Assembly (NCBI RefSeq): GCF_009914755.1
Contig: NC_060930.1
Direction: 5' to 3' (one strand)
DNA length: 64,000 nt
Source: the human T2T-CHM13v2.0 reference genome, Homo sapiens
Below are positions 10,101-23,828 of the stretch, in pieces (position 1 is the first letter of the stretch; each line of letters begins with the position of its first letter). The notes beneath the pieces were generated by a model. It was not told where the DNA came from. It saw only the letters and a program-made list of their open reading frames with translations, and made no database searches. A program made the position numbers and the translations under genes.

Positions 10101-13100
10101 CAGAATCATTCTCAGAAACTACTTTTTGATGTGTGGATTCAAATCAGAACGTTTAACTTTTTTTTGATAGAGTAGTTTTGAAACAGTCTTCTTGTAGGAT
10201 TTGCAGGTGTAGTTTTAGAATGCTTTGAGGAAAACGGTAGAAACGGATTTATCTTCATATGAAAACTAGACGGAAGCATTCTCAGAAATTACTTGTGATG
10301 TTTGCATTCAACTCACAGAGTTGAACATTTCTCTTGATAGAGCAGTTTGAAACACTCTTTTTGTAGAATCTGCAAGTGGATATTTGGACCTCTTTGAGGC
10401 CATTGTAGGTAAAGGAATTTCTTCATATAAAAAAGACAGAAGAATTCAAAGAAACTACTTTGTGATTTGTATGTTCACCTCACAGAGTTTAAACTTTGTG
10501 TTGATAGAGCAGCTTTGAAACACTCTTTTTCTGGAATTTGCCAGTGTATATTTAGTGCGCTTTGATGCTTATGGTAAAAAAGGGAATATCTTCACATAAA
10601 AACTAGGTGGAAGCATTCTCAGAACCTACTTTGTGATGTTTGCATTCAACACACACAGTTGAACATTTCTCTCTTGATAGACCAGTTTTGAAACACTCTT
10701 TTTTTTAGAATCTGCAAGTGGATATTTGGACCTCTTTGTGACCTTCGTTAGAAACGTGATTTCTTCATATAAAACTGGACAGAAGAATTCTCAGAAACTT
10801 CTTTGTGATGTGTGCTTTCAACTCACAGAGTTGTACCTTCCTTTAGATAGAGCAGTTTTGAGACTCTCTTTTGTAGAATTTCCAAGTGAATATTTAGTGC
10901 CCTTTGAGGCCCATGGTAGAAAAGGTAATATCTTCATAGAAAAACTAGACAGAATGATTCTCAGAAAGTACTTTGTGATGTGCGCGTTCAACTCACAGAG
11001 TTTAACGTTCCTTTTGATAGAGTAGATTTGAAATGCTTTCTGTAGAATCAGGTAGTGTATATTTGGACTTTTTTGAGGCCTTCGTTGGAAACGAGATTTC
11101 TTCATAAAAAACTGGACAGAAGAATTATCAGAAACTTCTTTGTGATGTGTGCATTCAACTCACACAGTTGAACCTTCCTTTCGATAGAGCAGGTTTGAAA
11201 TATTCTTTTTGTAGGATTTCCGAGTGGATATTTAGAGTGGTTCGAGGCCAATGGTAGGAAAGGAAATATCTTCACAGAAAAACTAGACGGAATCATCCTC
11301 AGAAACTAATTTGTGATGTGTGCATTCAGCTTACAGCGTCTATCCTTTCTTTTGATATAGCGGTTTTGAAACACTATTTTTGTGGAATTCACAAGTGTAT
11401 ATTTAGAGTGCTTTGAGGCTAACGGTAGAAAAGGAAATATCTTCACATAAAAAGTAGACAGAAGCATTGTCAGAAACTATTTTGTGATATTTACCTTCAA
11501 CTCACAGAGTTGAACATTCCTCTTGATTGAGCAGTTTTGAAACACTCTTTATGTAGAATCTGCAAGTTGATATTTGGACCTATTTGTGGCCTTCGTTTGA
11601 AACCTGATTTCTTCATATAAAACCAGACAGAAGAATTCTCAGGAGCTTCTTTCTGATGTGTGCTTCCAGCTCACGGAGTTGAACCTTCCTTTCGATAGAG
11701 CAGGTTTGAGCCTCTTTTTTTGTACAATTTCCAAGTGGATATTTAGCGCCGTTTGAGGCCTATCGTAGAAAAGGAAATATCTTCATAGAAAAACTAGACA
11801 GAATGATTCTCAGATACTACATTGTGATATGTTCTTTGAACTCACAGAGTTTAACCTTTCTTTTGATAGAGCAGTTTTGGAACATTCTTTCTGTAAAATC
11901 TGCAAGTGAATATTTGGACTTTTTTGGAGGCGTTCGTTGGAAACGGCATTTCTTCATGTAAAACTAGACAGAAGAATTCTCAGAAACTTTTTGAGATGTG
12001 TGGATTCAACTCACAGAGTTGAACCTTCCTTTCAATAGAGCAGTTTTGAAATACTCTTTTTGTAGAATTTCCAAGTGGTTATTTGGAACGGTTCCAGGTC
12101 TATGGTAGAAATGTAAATATCTTCATAGAAAAACTAGACAGAATCATTCTCAGAAACTACTTTGTGATGCGTGAATTCAGCTTAAAGAGTTGAACCTTTC
12201 TTATGATACAGCAGTTTTGCAACACTCTTTTTCTGGAATTTGTGTGTGTATTTAGAACGCTTTGAGATCTATGGTAGAAAAGGTAACAACTTCACATAAA
12301 TAGTAGACAGAAGCACTGTCAGAAACTCTTTTGTGAAATTTCCATTCAACTCACAGAGTTCAACATTACTCTTCATAGAGCAGTCTTGAAAATCTCTTTG
12401 TAGAATCTGCAATTGTATATTTGGACCTCTTGGTGGCCATCATTTGATACGTGATTTCTTCATATAAAACTAGACAGAAGAATTCTCAGAAACTTCTTTG
12501 TGATGTGTGCTTTCCACTCACAGAGTTGAAGCTTCCTTTTGATAGAGCAGTCTTGAAACTCTCTTTTTGTAATATTTCCAAGGGGATATTTAGCGCCATT
12601 TGAGGACTATTTTAGAAAAGGCAATATCTTCATAGAAAAACTAGATAGAATCATTCTCAGAAACTGCTTTGTGAAGTGTGCGTTCAACCCACAGAGTTTA
12701 AACTTTCTTTTGATAGAGCACTTTTGAAACACTCTTTTTGTAGAATGTGCAAGTGAATATTTGGACTTTTTTGAGGCCTTCATTGTAAACGGGATTTCTT
12801 CATATGAAACTTGACAAAATAATTCTCAGAAACGTCTTTGTGATGTGTGCATTCAACTCACAGAGTTGAACATTCTTTTCGATAGAGCAGTTTAGAAATA
12901 CTCTTCTTCTAGAATTTTCAAGTGGATATTTAGAGCAGTTCGATGTCTATGGTAGAAAAGGCAATATCTTCATACAATAACTAGACAGAATCATTCTCAG
13001 AAACTACTTTGTGATGTGTGCATTCAGCTTACAGATTTTAACCTTTCTTTTGATAGAACAGTTTTGAAACAACTTTTTGTGGAATTTGCAAGTGTATATT

Positions 13101-16100
13101 TAGAGCGCCTTGAGGCCTATGGTAGAAAAGGGAATATCTTCACAAAAAAACTAGACAGAAGCATTGTCAGAAACTACTTTGTGATATTTGCATTAAACTC
13201 ACAGAGTTGAACATTCCTCTTGATAGAGCAGTTTTGAAACACTCTTTTTGTAGAATCTCCAAGTGGATATTTGGACCTGTTTGGGTCCATCGTTTCGTAC
13301 GTTATTTCTACATATAAAACTAGACTGAAGAATTCTCAGAAACTTCTTTGTGATGTGTGCTTTCCACTCACAGTGTTGAACCTTCCTTTGGATAGAGCAG
13401 TTTTGAGACTCTCTTTTTGTAGAATTTCCAAGTGGATATTAAGTGCCGTTTGAGTCCCATGTTAGAAAAGGAAATATCTTCAAAAAAACTAGACAGAATG
13501 ACTCTCAGGAACTACTTTGTGATGTGTGCGTTCAACTCACAGAATTTAAACTTTCTTGTGATAGAGCAGTTTTGAAACACTCTTTTTGTAGATTCTGCAA
13601 GTGAATATTTGGACTTTTTTGAAACCTTCTTTTGAAACGGGATTTCTTCATATAAAACTTGACAGAAGAATTCTCAGAAACTTCTTTGTGATGTGCGCAT
13701 TCAACTCACAGATTTGAACCTTCCTTTCGAGAGAGCAGTTTTGAAATACCCTTTTTTTTGAATTTCCAATTGGATATTTAGAGCGGTTCAAGGCCTATGG
13801 TAGAAAAGGAAATATCTTCATAGAAAAACTAGACAGAATCATTCTCAGAATCTACTTTGTGATGTGTGCATTCAGCTTACAGAGTTTAACCTTTCTTTTG
13901 ATAGTGCAGCATTGAAACAGTCTTTTTGTGGTTTTTGCAAGTGTATATTTAGAGCGCTTTGAGCCCTACGGTAGAAAACGAAATATCTTCATATAAAAAC
14001 TAGACAGCAGCATTGTCAGAAACTATTTTGAGATATTTGCATTCACATCACAGAGTTGAACATTCCTCTTGATAGAGCAGTTTTGAAACACTCTCCTTGT
14101 AGAATCTGCAAGTAGATATTTGGACCTCTTCGTGGCCTTCGTTTGAAAAGTGATTTCTTCATATAAAACTATACAGAAGAATTCTCAGAAACTTTTTTGT
14201 GATGTGTGCTTTCAACTCACAGAGTTGAAATTTCCTTTCAATAGAGCAGATTCGAGACTCTCTTATTGTGGAATTTCCAAGTAGATATTTAGCGCCATTT
14301 GAGGCCTATGGTAGAAAATGAAACATCTTCATAGAAAAACTAGACAGAATGATTCTCAGAACCTACATTGTGATTTGTGCGTTCAATTCACAGAGTTTAA
14401 CCTTTCTTTTGATAGAGCAGTTTTGAAACAGTCTTTTTGTAGAATCTGCAAGTGAATATTTAGACTTTTTTGAGGCCTTCGTTGGAAAAGGGTTTTCTTC
14501 ATATAAAACTAGACAGAAGAATTCTCAGAAACTTTTTTGTGATGTGTGCTTTCAACTCACAGATTTGAAGCTTCTTTTTGATAGAGCAGTTTTGAAATAC
14601 TCTTTTTGTAGAATTTTCAAGTGGATATTTGGAACCGTTCATGGCCTATTTTAGAAAAAGAAATATCTTCATAGAAAAATTAGACAGAATTATTCTCAGA
14701 AACTCTTTTGTGATGCGTGCATTCAGCTTACACAGTTTAACCTTTCTATTGATATAGAAGTTTGGAAACACTCTTTTTGTGGAAATTGCAAGTGTATATT
14801 TTGATATCTTTGAGGCCTACGTTAGAAAAGGAAATATCTTCACAAAATAACAAGACAGAAGCACTGTCAAAAACTACTTTGAGATATTTGCATTCAACTC
14901 ACAGAGTTGAACACTCCTCTTGATAGAGCAGTTTTGAAACACTCTTCTTGTAGAATCTCCAAGTGGATACTTGGACCTCTTTGTGGTTTTCGTTTGAAAC
15001 GTGATTTCTTCATATATAAAACTAGACAGAAGAATTCTCAGAAACTTCTTTGTGATGTGTGCTTTCAACTCACAGAGTTGAACCTTCCTTTCGTTAGAGA
15101 AGATTCAAGACTCTATTTTTGTAGAATTTCCAAGTAGATATTTAGCACCGTTCGAGGCCTACGGTAGAAAAGGCAATATCTTCGTAGAAAAACTTGACAG
15201 AATGATTCTCAGAAACTACCTTGTGATGTGTGCGGTCAACTCACAGAGTTTAACCTTTCTTTGATAGAGCAGTTTTGAAACACTCTTTTTGTACAATCTG
15301 CAAGTAAATATTAGGACTTTTTTAATGCCTTTGTAGGAAATGGGATTTCTTCATATAAAGGTTGACAGACTAACTCTCAGAAACAACTTTGTGATTTGTG
15401 CATTCAACTCACAGAGTTTAACTTTTCTCTTGATAGAACAGTTTTCAAACACCCTTTTGGAGAATCTGCAAGTGAATATTTGGACTTTTTTTGAGGCCTT
15501 CATTGGAAAAGGGATTTCTTCATATAAAAGTGGACAGAAGAATTCTCAAAAACTACTTTGTGATGTGTGCATTACATTCACAGTGTTGAACCTTCCTTTA
15601 CTTAGAGAGGTTTTGAAATACTCTATTTGTAGAATTTCCAAGTGGATATTTAGAGAGGTTCAAGGCCTATGGTAGAAAAGGAAATATCTTCATAGAAAAA
15701 CTAGACAGAATCATTCTCAGAAACTGCTTTGTGATGCGTGCATTCGGCTTACAGTGTTTAACCTTTCTTTTGATAGAGCTGTTTTGAAACACTCTTTCTG
15801 TGGTATTTGCAAGTGTATATTTAGAGTGCTTTGACGCCTATGGTAGAAAAGGAAATGTCTTCACATAAAAATTAAACAGAAGCATTGTTAGAAATTACTT
15901 TGTGATATTTGCATTCAACTCACAGAGTTGAACATTACTCTTGATACAGCAGTTTTGAAACACTCTTTATGTAGAATCTGTGGACCTCTTTTTGGCATTC
16001 TTTTGACACGTGATTTCTTCATATAAAACTAGACAGAAGAATTCTCAGAAACTTCTATGTGATGTGTGCTTTCAATTCACAGAGTTGAACCTTCCTTTTG

Positions 16101-19100
16101 ATAGAGCAGTTTTGAAACTCTCTTTTTGCAGAATTTTCAAATGGATATTTAGCACCATTTGAGGCCTAAGGTAGAAAAGGCAATATCATCAAATAAAAAC
16201 TAGACAGAATGATTCTCAGAAAGGAGTTTGTGATGTGTGCATTCAACTCACAGAGTTTAACCTTTATTTTGATAGAGTAGTTTTGAAAAATCCTTTTTAT
16301 AGAATCTGCAAGTGAATATTTGGACTTTTTTGAGGCATTCTTTGGAAACAGGATTTCTTCGTACAAAACCTTACAGAAGAATACTCAGAAACTTCTTTGT
16401 GATGTGTGCATTCAACGCACAGAGTTGAACTTTCCTTTCGATAGAGCAGATTTGATATACTCATTTTATAGAATTTCCAAGTGGATATTTGGGGCAGTTC
16501 GAGGCCTATGGTAGAAAAGAAAATACCTTCATTAAAAAAACTTGACAGAATCGTTCTCAGAAGCTACTTTGTAATGTGTCCATTCAGCTTACAGAGTTTA
16601 AACTTTCTTTTCATAGAGAAGTTTTGAAACACTCTTTTTGTGGAATTTGCAAGGGTATATTTAGAGTGCCTTGAGGCCTATGTTAGTAAAGGAAATATCT
16701 TCACTTAAAAACTTGACAGAAGCATTGTCAGAAACTACTTTGTGATATTTACATTCAACTCACTAATTTGAACATTATTTTTGATAGAGCAGTTTAGAAA
16801 CACTCTTTTTGTTGAATCTGCATGTGGATTTTTGGACCTCTCTGTGTCCTTCGTTTGAAATGTGATTTCTTCATATGAAACTAGACAGAAGAATTCTCAG
16901 AAACTTCTCTGTGATGTGTGCTTTCAACTCACAGGGTTGAACCTAACTTTCGATAGAGCAGTTTTGAAACTCTTGTAGTAGAACTTCCAAATGGATATTT
17001 AGCGCCGTTTGAGGTCTAAGGTAGAAAAAAAAATCTTCATAGAAAAACTAGACAGAATGTTTCTGAGAAACTACTTTGTGATGTGTGCGTTCAACTCACA
17101 GAGTTTAACCTTTCTTTTGATAGAACAGTTTTGAAACACTCTTTTTGTATACTCTGCAAGTGAATATTTGGAATTTTTTGAGGCCTTGTTGGAAAAGAGA
17201 TTTCTTAATATAAAAGTTGACAGAAGAATTCTCAGAAACTTTTTTGTGATGTGTGCATTCAACTCACAGAATTGAACCTTCCTTTTGATAGAGCAGCTTT
17301 GATATACTCTTTTTGTAGAATTTCCAAGTGGATATTTAGAGCAGTTGGAGGCCTATGGTAGAAAAGGAAATATCTTCATAGAAAAACTTGACAGAATCAT
17401 TCTCAGAAACTACTATGTCATGTGTTCATTCAGCTTACAGTGTTTAACTTTTCTTTTGATAGAGAAAGTTTGAAACGCTCTTTTTGTGGAATTTGAAAGT
17501 GTATATTTAGAGTGCTTTTACGCCTACGGTAGAAAAGGAATTATCTTCACATAAAACTAGACAGAAGCTTTGTCAGAAACTGCTTTGTGATATTTGCATT
17601 CAACTCACAGACTTGAACATTCCTCTTGATAGAGCAGTTTTGAAACACTCTTTTTGCAGAAATTGCAAGTGGATATTTGGTCCACTTCGTGGCCTTCTTT
17701 TGAAACCAGACTTCTTCATATAAAACTAGACAGAAGAATTTTCAGAAACTTCTTTGTTTTGTGTGCTTTCAACTAACGGAGTTGAACGTTCCTTTCGATA
17801 GAGCATTTTTGAAACTCTCTTTTGGTAGAATTTCCAAGTGGACATTTATCGCCTTTTGTGGCTTATGGTAGAAAAGGAAATACCTTCATAGAAACACTAG
17901 ACAGAGTGATTCTCTGAAACTATATTTTGATGTGTGTGTTCAACTCACAGAGTTTAACCTTTCTTTTGATAGAGCAGTTTTGAAACAATTTTTTGTAATA
18001 TCTGCAATTTAATATTTGGACTTTTGTGAGGCCATTGTTGGAAATGGGATTTCAACATATAAAACTTGACAGAAGAATTCTCAGAAACATTTCTGTGATG
18101 TGTGCATTCAACTCACAGTGTTGAACCTATCTTTCGATAGAACAGTTTTGAAATTCTCTTTTTGTAGCATTTCCAAGTGCATATTCAGAGCGGTTTGAGG
18201 CCTATGGTGTAAAAGGCAATATCTTCATAGAAAAACAATACAGAATCATTCTCAGAAACTACTTTGTGATGTGGGCATTCGGCTTACAGAGTTTAAGTTT
18301 TCTTTTGATAGAGCAGTTTTGAAACACTCTTTTTGTGTAATCTGCAAGTGTATATTTAGTGCCCTTTGAGGCCTACGGTAGAAAAGGAAATATCTTTACA
18401 AAATAAATTTAGAGAACCATTGTCAGAAACTACTTTGTGATAGTTGCATTCAACTCACAGAGTTGAACATACCTCTTGATAGGGCTGTTTTGAAACACTC
18501 TTTTTGTAGAATCTGCAACTGGATATGTGGACCTCTTTGTGTCCAGCGTGTGATACGTTATTTCTTCATATAAAACGGAACAGAAGAATTTTGAGACAAT
18601 TATTTGTGATGTTTGCTTTCAACTAACAGTTGAAACTTCCTTTCTATAGAGCAGTTTTGAAACTCTCCTTTTGTAGAATTTCCAAGAGGTTATATAGAGC
18701 TGTTTCAGGCGTATGGTAGAAAAGGCAATATCTTCATAGACAAACTAGACAGAATGATTCTCAGAAACCATTTTTTGATGTGTGCGTTCAACTCACAGAG
18801 TTGAACACACCTTTCGATAGAGCAGTTTTGAAATTCTCTTTTTATAGAATTTCCAACTGGATTTTTAGAGCGGTTTGTGGCCTATGATGTAAAAGGCAAT
18901 ATCTGCATTGAAGAACTAGACAGAATCATTCTCAGAAACTACCTTTTGATGTGTGGGTTCAACTCACAGAGTTTAACCTTTCTTTTGATAGAGTAGTTTT
19001 GAAACAGTCTTTTTGTAGAATTTGCAAGTGTATATTTAGAGTGCTTTGAGGACAACGGTAGAAAAGGAAATAACTTCATATAAAAACTAGAGGGAAGCAT

Positions 19101-19563
19101 TCTGAGAAACTACTTGTGATGTTTGCATTCAACTCACAGAGTTGAACATTTCTCTTGATAGAGCAGTTTTGAAACACTCTTTTTATAGAATCTGCAAGTG
19201 GATATTTGTATCCTCTTTGTGGCCTTCTTTTGAAACGTGATTTCTTCATATAAAACTAGACAGAAGAATTCTCAGAAACTTGTTTGTGAAGTGTGCTTTC
19301 AACTCACAGAGTTGAACCTTCCTTTCTATAGAGCAGTTTTGAAACTCTCTTTTTATAGAATTTCCTAGTGGATATTTTGAGCCGTTTCAGGCCTATGGTA
19401 GAAAAGAAAATATCTTCATAGAAAAACTAGACAGAATGATTCTCAGAAACCACTTTGTGATGTGTGCGTTCAACTCAAAGAGTTTCACCTTTCTTTTCAT
19501 AGAGAAGTTTTGAAACACTCATTTAGTAGAATCTGCAAGTGAATATTTGGACTCCTTTGAGGC

Positions 19564-19580
19564 CTTCGTTGGAAACGGGA
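19564..19580 (+). promoter_or_regulatory. Canonical CENP-B box
   Basis: cttcgttggaaacggga, an exact match to YTTCGTTGGAARCGGGA. Confidence 0.9.
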
Positions 19581-20415
19581 TTTCTCCATTTAAAACTTGA
19601 CAGAAGAATTCTCAGAAACTTCTTTGAGAGGTTTGCATTCAACTCACAGAGTTGAAACTTCCCTTCGATAGAGCAGTTTTAAAATTCTCTTATTGTAGAA
19701 TTTTCAAGTGGATATGTAGTGCGGTTCGAGGCCTATGGTAGAAAAACAAATATCTTCATAGAAAAACTAGACAGAATCATTCTCAGAATCTATGTTGTGA
19801 TGTGTGCATTCAGCTTACAGAGTATAACATTCCTTTTGATAGAGCAGTTTTGAAACAACCTTTTTGTGGAATTTGCAAGTGTATATTTAGAGCGCTTCTT
19901 AGCCTACGGTAGAAAAGGAAATATCTTCACAAAAAAAACTACACAGAAGCATTGTCAGAAACTACTTTGTCATATTTGCCTTCAACTCACAGTGTTGAAC
20001 ATTTCTCTTGATAGATCAGTTTTGAAACACTGTTTTTGTAGAATCTGCAAGTGGATATGTGGACCTCTTTGTGTCCATCGTTTGATACTTGATTTCTTCG
20101 TATAAACCTAGACAGAATGATTCTCAGAAACTTTTTTCTGATGTGTGCTTTCAACTCACAGAGTTGAACCTTCCTTTCAATACAGCAGTGTTGTAACTCT
20201 CTTTTTGTAGTATTTCCAAGTGAATATTTAGCGCCTTTGGAGGCCTATTGTAGAAAAGGAAATATCTTCATAGAAAAACTAGACAGAATCATTCTCAGAA
20301 ACTACATTGTGATGTGTGCCTTCCATGCACAGAGTTTAACCTTTCTTTTGATAGAGCAGTTTTGAAACACTCTTTTTGTAGTATCTGCAAGTGAATATTT
20401 TGACTATTTGGAGGC

Positions 20416-20432
20416 CTTCGTTGGAAACGGGA
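20416..20432 (+). promoter_or_regulatory. Canonical CENP-B box
   Basis: cttcgttggaaacggga. Confidence 0.9.
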
Positions 20433-22965
20433 ATTCATCATATAAATGTTGAGAGAAGAATTCTCAGAAACTTCTTTCTGATGTGTGCACTCAAATCACA
20501 GAGTTGAACCTACCTTTCGATAGAGCAGTTTTGAAATTCTCTTTTTGTAGAATTTCCAGTTGGATATTTAGAGCGGTTTGAGGCCTATGGTGTAAAAGGC
20601 AATATCTGCATAGAAAAACTAGACATAATCATTCTCAGAAACTTCTTTTTCATGTGTCCATTCAGCTTACATAGTTTATCCTTTCTTTTGATAGAGCAGT
20701 TTTCAAACACTCTGTTTCTGGAATTTGAAAGTGTATATTTAGAGCGCTTTGAGAACTACGGTAGAAAAGGAATTACCTTCACAAAAAAACTAGACAGAAG
20801 CATTGTCAGAAACTACTTTGTGATATTTGCATTCATCTCACAGAGTTGAACATTCCTCTTGATAGGGCTGTTTTGAAACACTCTTTTTTGTAAAATGTGG
20901 AAGTGGATATTTGGACCTCTCTGTCGCCTACGTTTGAAACATGATTTCTTCATAGAAAACTATACAGAAGAATTCTCAGAAACTTCTTTGTAATGTGTGT
21001 TTTCAACTCACAGATTTGAATCTTCCTTTCGACAGAGCAGTTTGGAAACTCTCTTTTTGTTGAATTTCCAAGTGGATATTTAGCACCGTTTAAGGACTAT
21101 GGTAGATAAGGAAATATCTTTATAGAAAAACTAGATAGAATGATTCTCAGAAATTACTTTGTGTTGTGTGCGTTCAACTCACAGAGTTTAAACTTTCTTT
21201 TGATAGAATAGTTTTGAAACACTCTATTTGTAGAATCTGCATATGAATATTTGGACTTTTTTGAGGCCTTCTTTGGAAACGGGATTTTTTCATATAAAAC
21301 TTGTCAGAAGAATTCTCAGAATCTTGTTTGTTATATGTGCATTCAACTCACAGAGTTGAAATTTCCTTTCGATACAGCAGTTTTTAAATACTCTTTTTGT
21401 AGAATTTCGAATTGGATATTTAAAGCAGTTCGAGGCCTATGGTAGAAAAGTTAATATATTCATAGAAAAATTAGACAGAATCATTCTCAGAAACTATTTT
21501 GTGGTGTGTGCATTCAGCTTACAGGGTTTAAATTTTCTTTTGATAAAGCATTTTTGAAACACCCTTCTGTGGAATTTGAATGTGTATATTGAGAGCACTT
21601 TGAGGCAAACTGTAGAAAAGGAAATATCTTCACATAAAAATTGGAAGAAGCATTGTCAGAAACTACTTTGTGATATTTGCATTCAACTCACAGAGTTGAA
21701 CATTCCTCTTGATACAGCAGTTTTGCAAACTCTTTTTGTAGAATCTGCAAGTGGATATTTGGACAACTTTGTGGTCTTCGTTTGAAACGTGATTTCTACA
21801 TTTAAAACTAGAAAGAAGAATTCTCAGAAACTTCTTTGTGATGTGTGCTTTCATCTCACAGAGTTGAACCTTCCTTTCGATCGATCAGTTTTGAAAGTCT
21901 CTTTTTGTAGAATTTCCAAGTGGATATTTAGCACCGTTTGAAGCCTATGGTAGAAAATGAAATATCTTCATAGAAAAACTAGACAGAATGATTCTCAGAA
22001 ACTACTTTCTGTTGTGTGCGTTCAACTCACAGATTTTAAACTTTGTTTTGATAGAGTAGTTTTGAAACAGTCTTTTTGTAGAATCTGCAAGAGAATATGT
22101 GGACTTTTTTGAGGCTTTCATTGGAAACGGGATTTATTTATATAAAACTTGAGAGAAGAATTCTCAGCAAATTCTTTGTGATCTGTGCATTCAACTCACA
22201 GAATTGAACTTTCCTTTCGATAGAGCAGTTTTAAAATACTCTATTTGTAGAATTTCCAAATGGATATTTAGAGCGGTTTGAGGCCTCTGGTAGAAGAGAA
22301 TATATCTTTATAGAAAAACTAGACAGAATCATACTCAAAATCTACTTTGTGATGTGTGCATTCAGCTGACTGAGTTTAAACTTTCTTTTGAAAGAGCAGT
22401 ATTGAAACAACCTTTCTGTGGAATTTGCAAGTGTATATTTAGAGAGCTTTGAGGTCTACAGTAGAAAAGGAAATATCTTCACATAAAAACTAGACAGAGG
22501 CATTGGCAGAAACTACTATGTGATATTTGCATTCATCTCACAGATTTGAACATTCCTCTCGATGTAGCAGTGTTGAAACACACTTTTTGTAGAATCTGCA
22601 ACTGGATATTTGGACCTCTTTGTGGTCTTCGATTGAAACATGATTTCTTCATATAAAACAAGACGGAAGAATTCTCAGAAAATTCTTTGTGATGTGTGCT
22701 TTCAACTCACAGAGTTGAAGGTTTCTTTTGATAGAGCAGTTTTGAAACTCTCTTTTTGTAAAATTTCAAGTGGATATTTACCGCAGTTTGAGGCCTATAT
22801 TAGAAAAGGCAATATCTTCATGGAAAAACAAGACTGAATGATTCTCAGAAACTACTTTGTGATGTGTGCCTTCAACTCACAGAGTTTAACCTTTCTTTTG
22901 ACAGAGCAGTTTTGAAATACTCTTTTTGTAGAATCTTCAAGTGAATATTTGGACTTTTTTGAGGC

Positions 22966-22982
22966 CTTCGTTGGAAACGGGA
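22966..22982 (+). promoter_or_regulatory. Canonical CENP-B box
   Basis: cttcgttggaaacggga. Confidence 0.9.
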
Positions 22983-23811
22983 TTTCCTCATATAAAACTT
23001 GACAGAAGAATTCTCACAAACTTTTGTGATGTGTGCATTCAACTCACAGAGTTGAAACTTCCTTTTGAAAGAGCAGTTTTGAAATACTTCTTGTAGAATT
23101 TCCAAGTGGATATTTAGAGCGGTTCGAGGCCTATGTTAGAAAACGATATATCTTCATAGAAAAACTAGACAGAATCATTCTCAGAAACTACTTTGTGATG
23201 TGTGCATTCAGCTTACAGAGTTTAACGTTTCTTTTGATAGAGCAGTTTTGAAACACTCTTCTGGTAGAATTTACAAGTGTATATTTACAGCGCCTTGAGG
23301 CCTACGGTAGAAAAGGAAATATCTTCACATAAAATGTAGACAGAATCATTGTCAGAAACTACTTTTTGATATTGGAATTCAACTCACAGAGTTGAACATT
23401 CCTCTTCATAGATCAGTTTTGAAACCCTCTTTTTGCAGTACCTGCAAGCGGATATTTGGACCTCTTTGTGGCTTTCATGTGAAAAGTGATTTCTTCATAT
23501 AAAACTAGACAGAAGGATTCTCAGAAACTTCTTTGTGATGTGTCCTTTCAAATCACAGAATTGAATCTTCCTTTCGATAGAGCAGGTTTGAAACTCTCTT
23601 TTTGTAGAAATTCCAAGTGGATATTAAGTGCCGTTTGAGGCCTATTGTAGAAAAGGCAATATCTTCACAGAAAAACTAGACAAAATGATTCTCTGAAAAA
23701 ACTTTGTGTGTGTGCATTTAACACACAAAGTTTAACACTTCTTTTGATAGAGCAGTTTTGAAATAATCTTTTTGTAGAATCTGCAAGTGAATATTTGGAC
23801 TTTTTTGAGAC

Positions 23812-23828
23812 CTTCGTTGGAAACGGGT
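23812..23828 (+). promoter_or_regulatory. CENP-B box, binding core intact
   Basis: cttcgttggaaacgggt fits nTTCGnnnnAnnCGGGn. Confidence 0.8.

Larger units (their letters stand above)
5011..10774 (+). repeat. Second alpha-satellite monomer set (domain 2), block 1; contains the Alu
   Basis: Markers rare or absent in the pentamer: gcattctc...gatgtttgc, ctagacggaag, aaaagacagaagaattcaaag, tataaacaagac, tttttgatgtgtgggttc, ttggaagtgtc, gtacaat. Confidence 0.8.
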
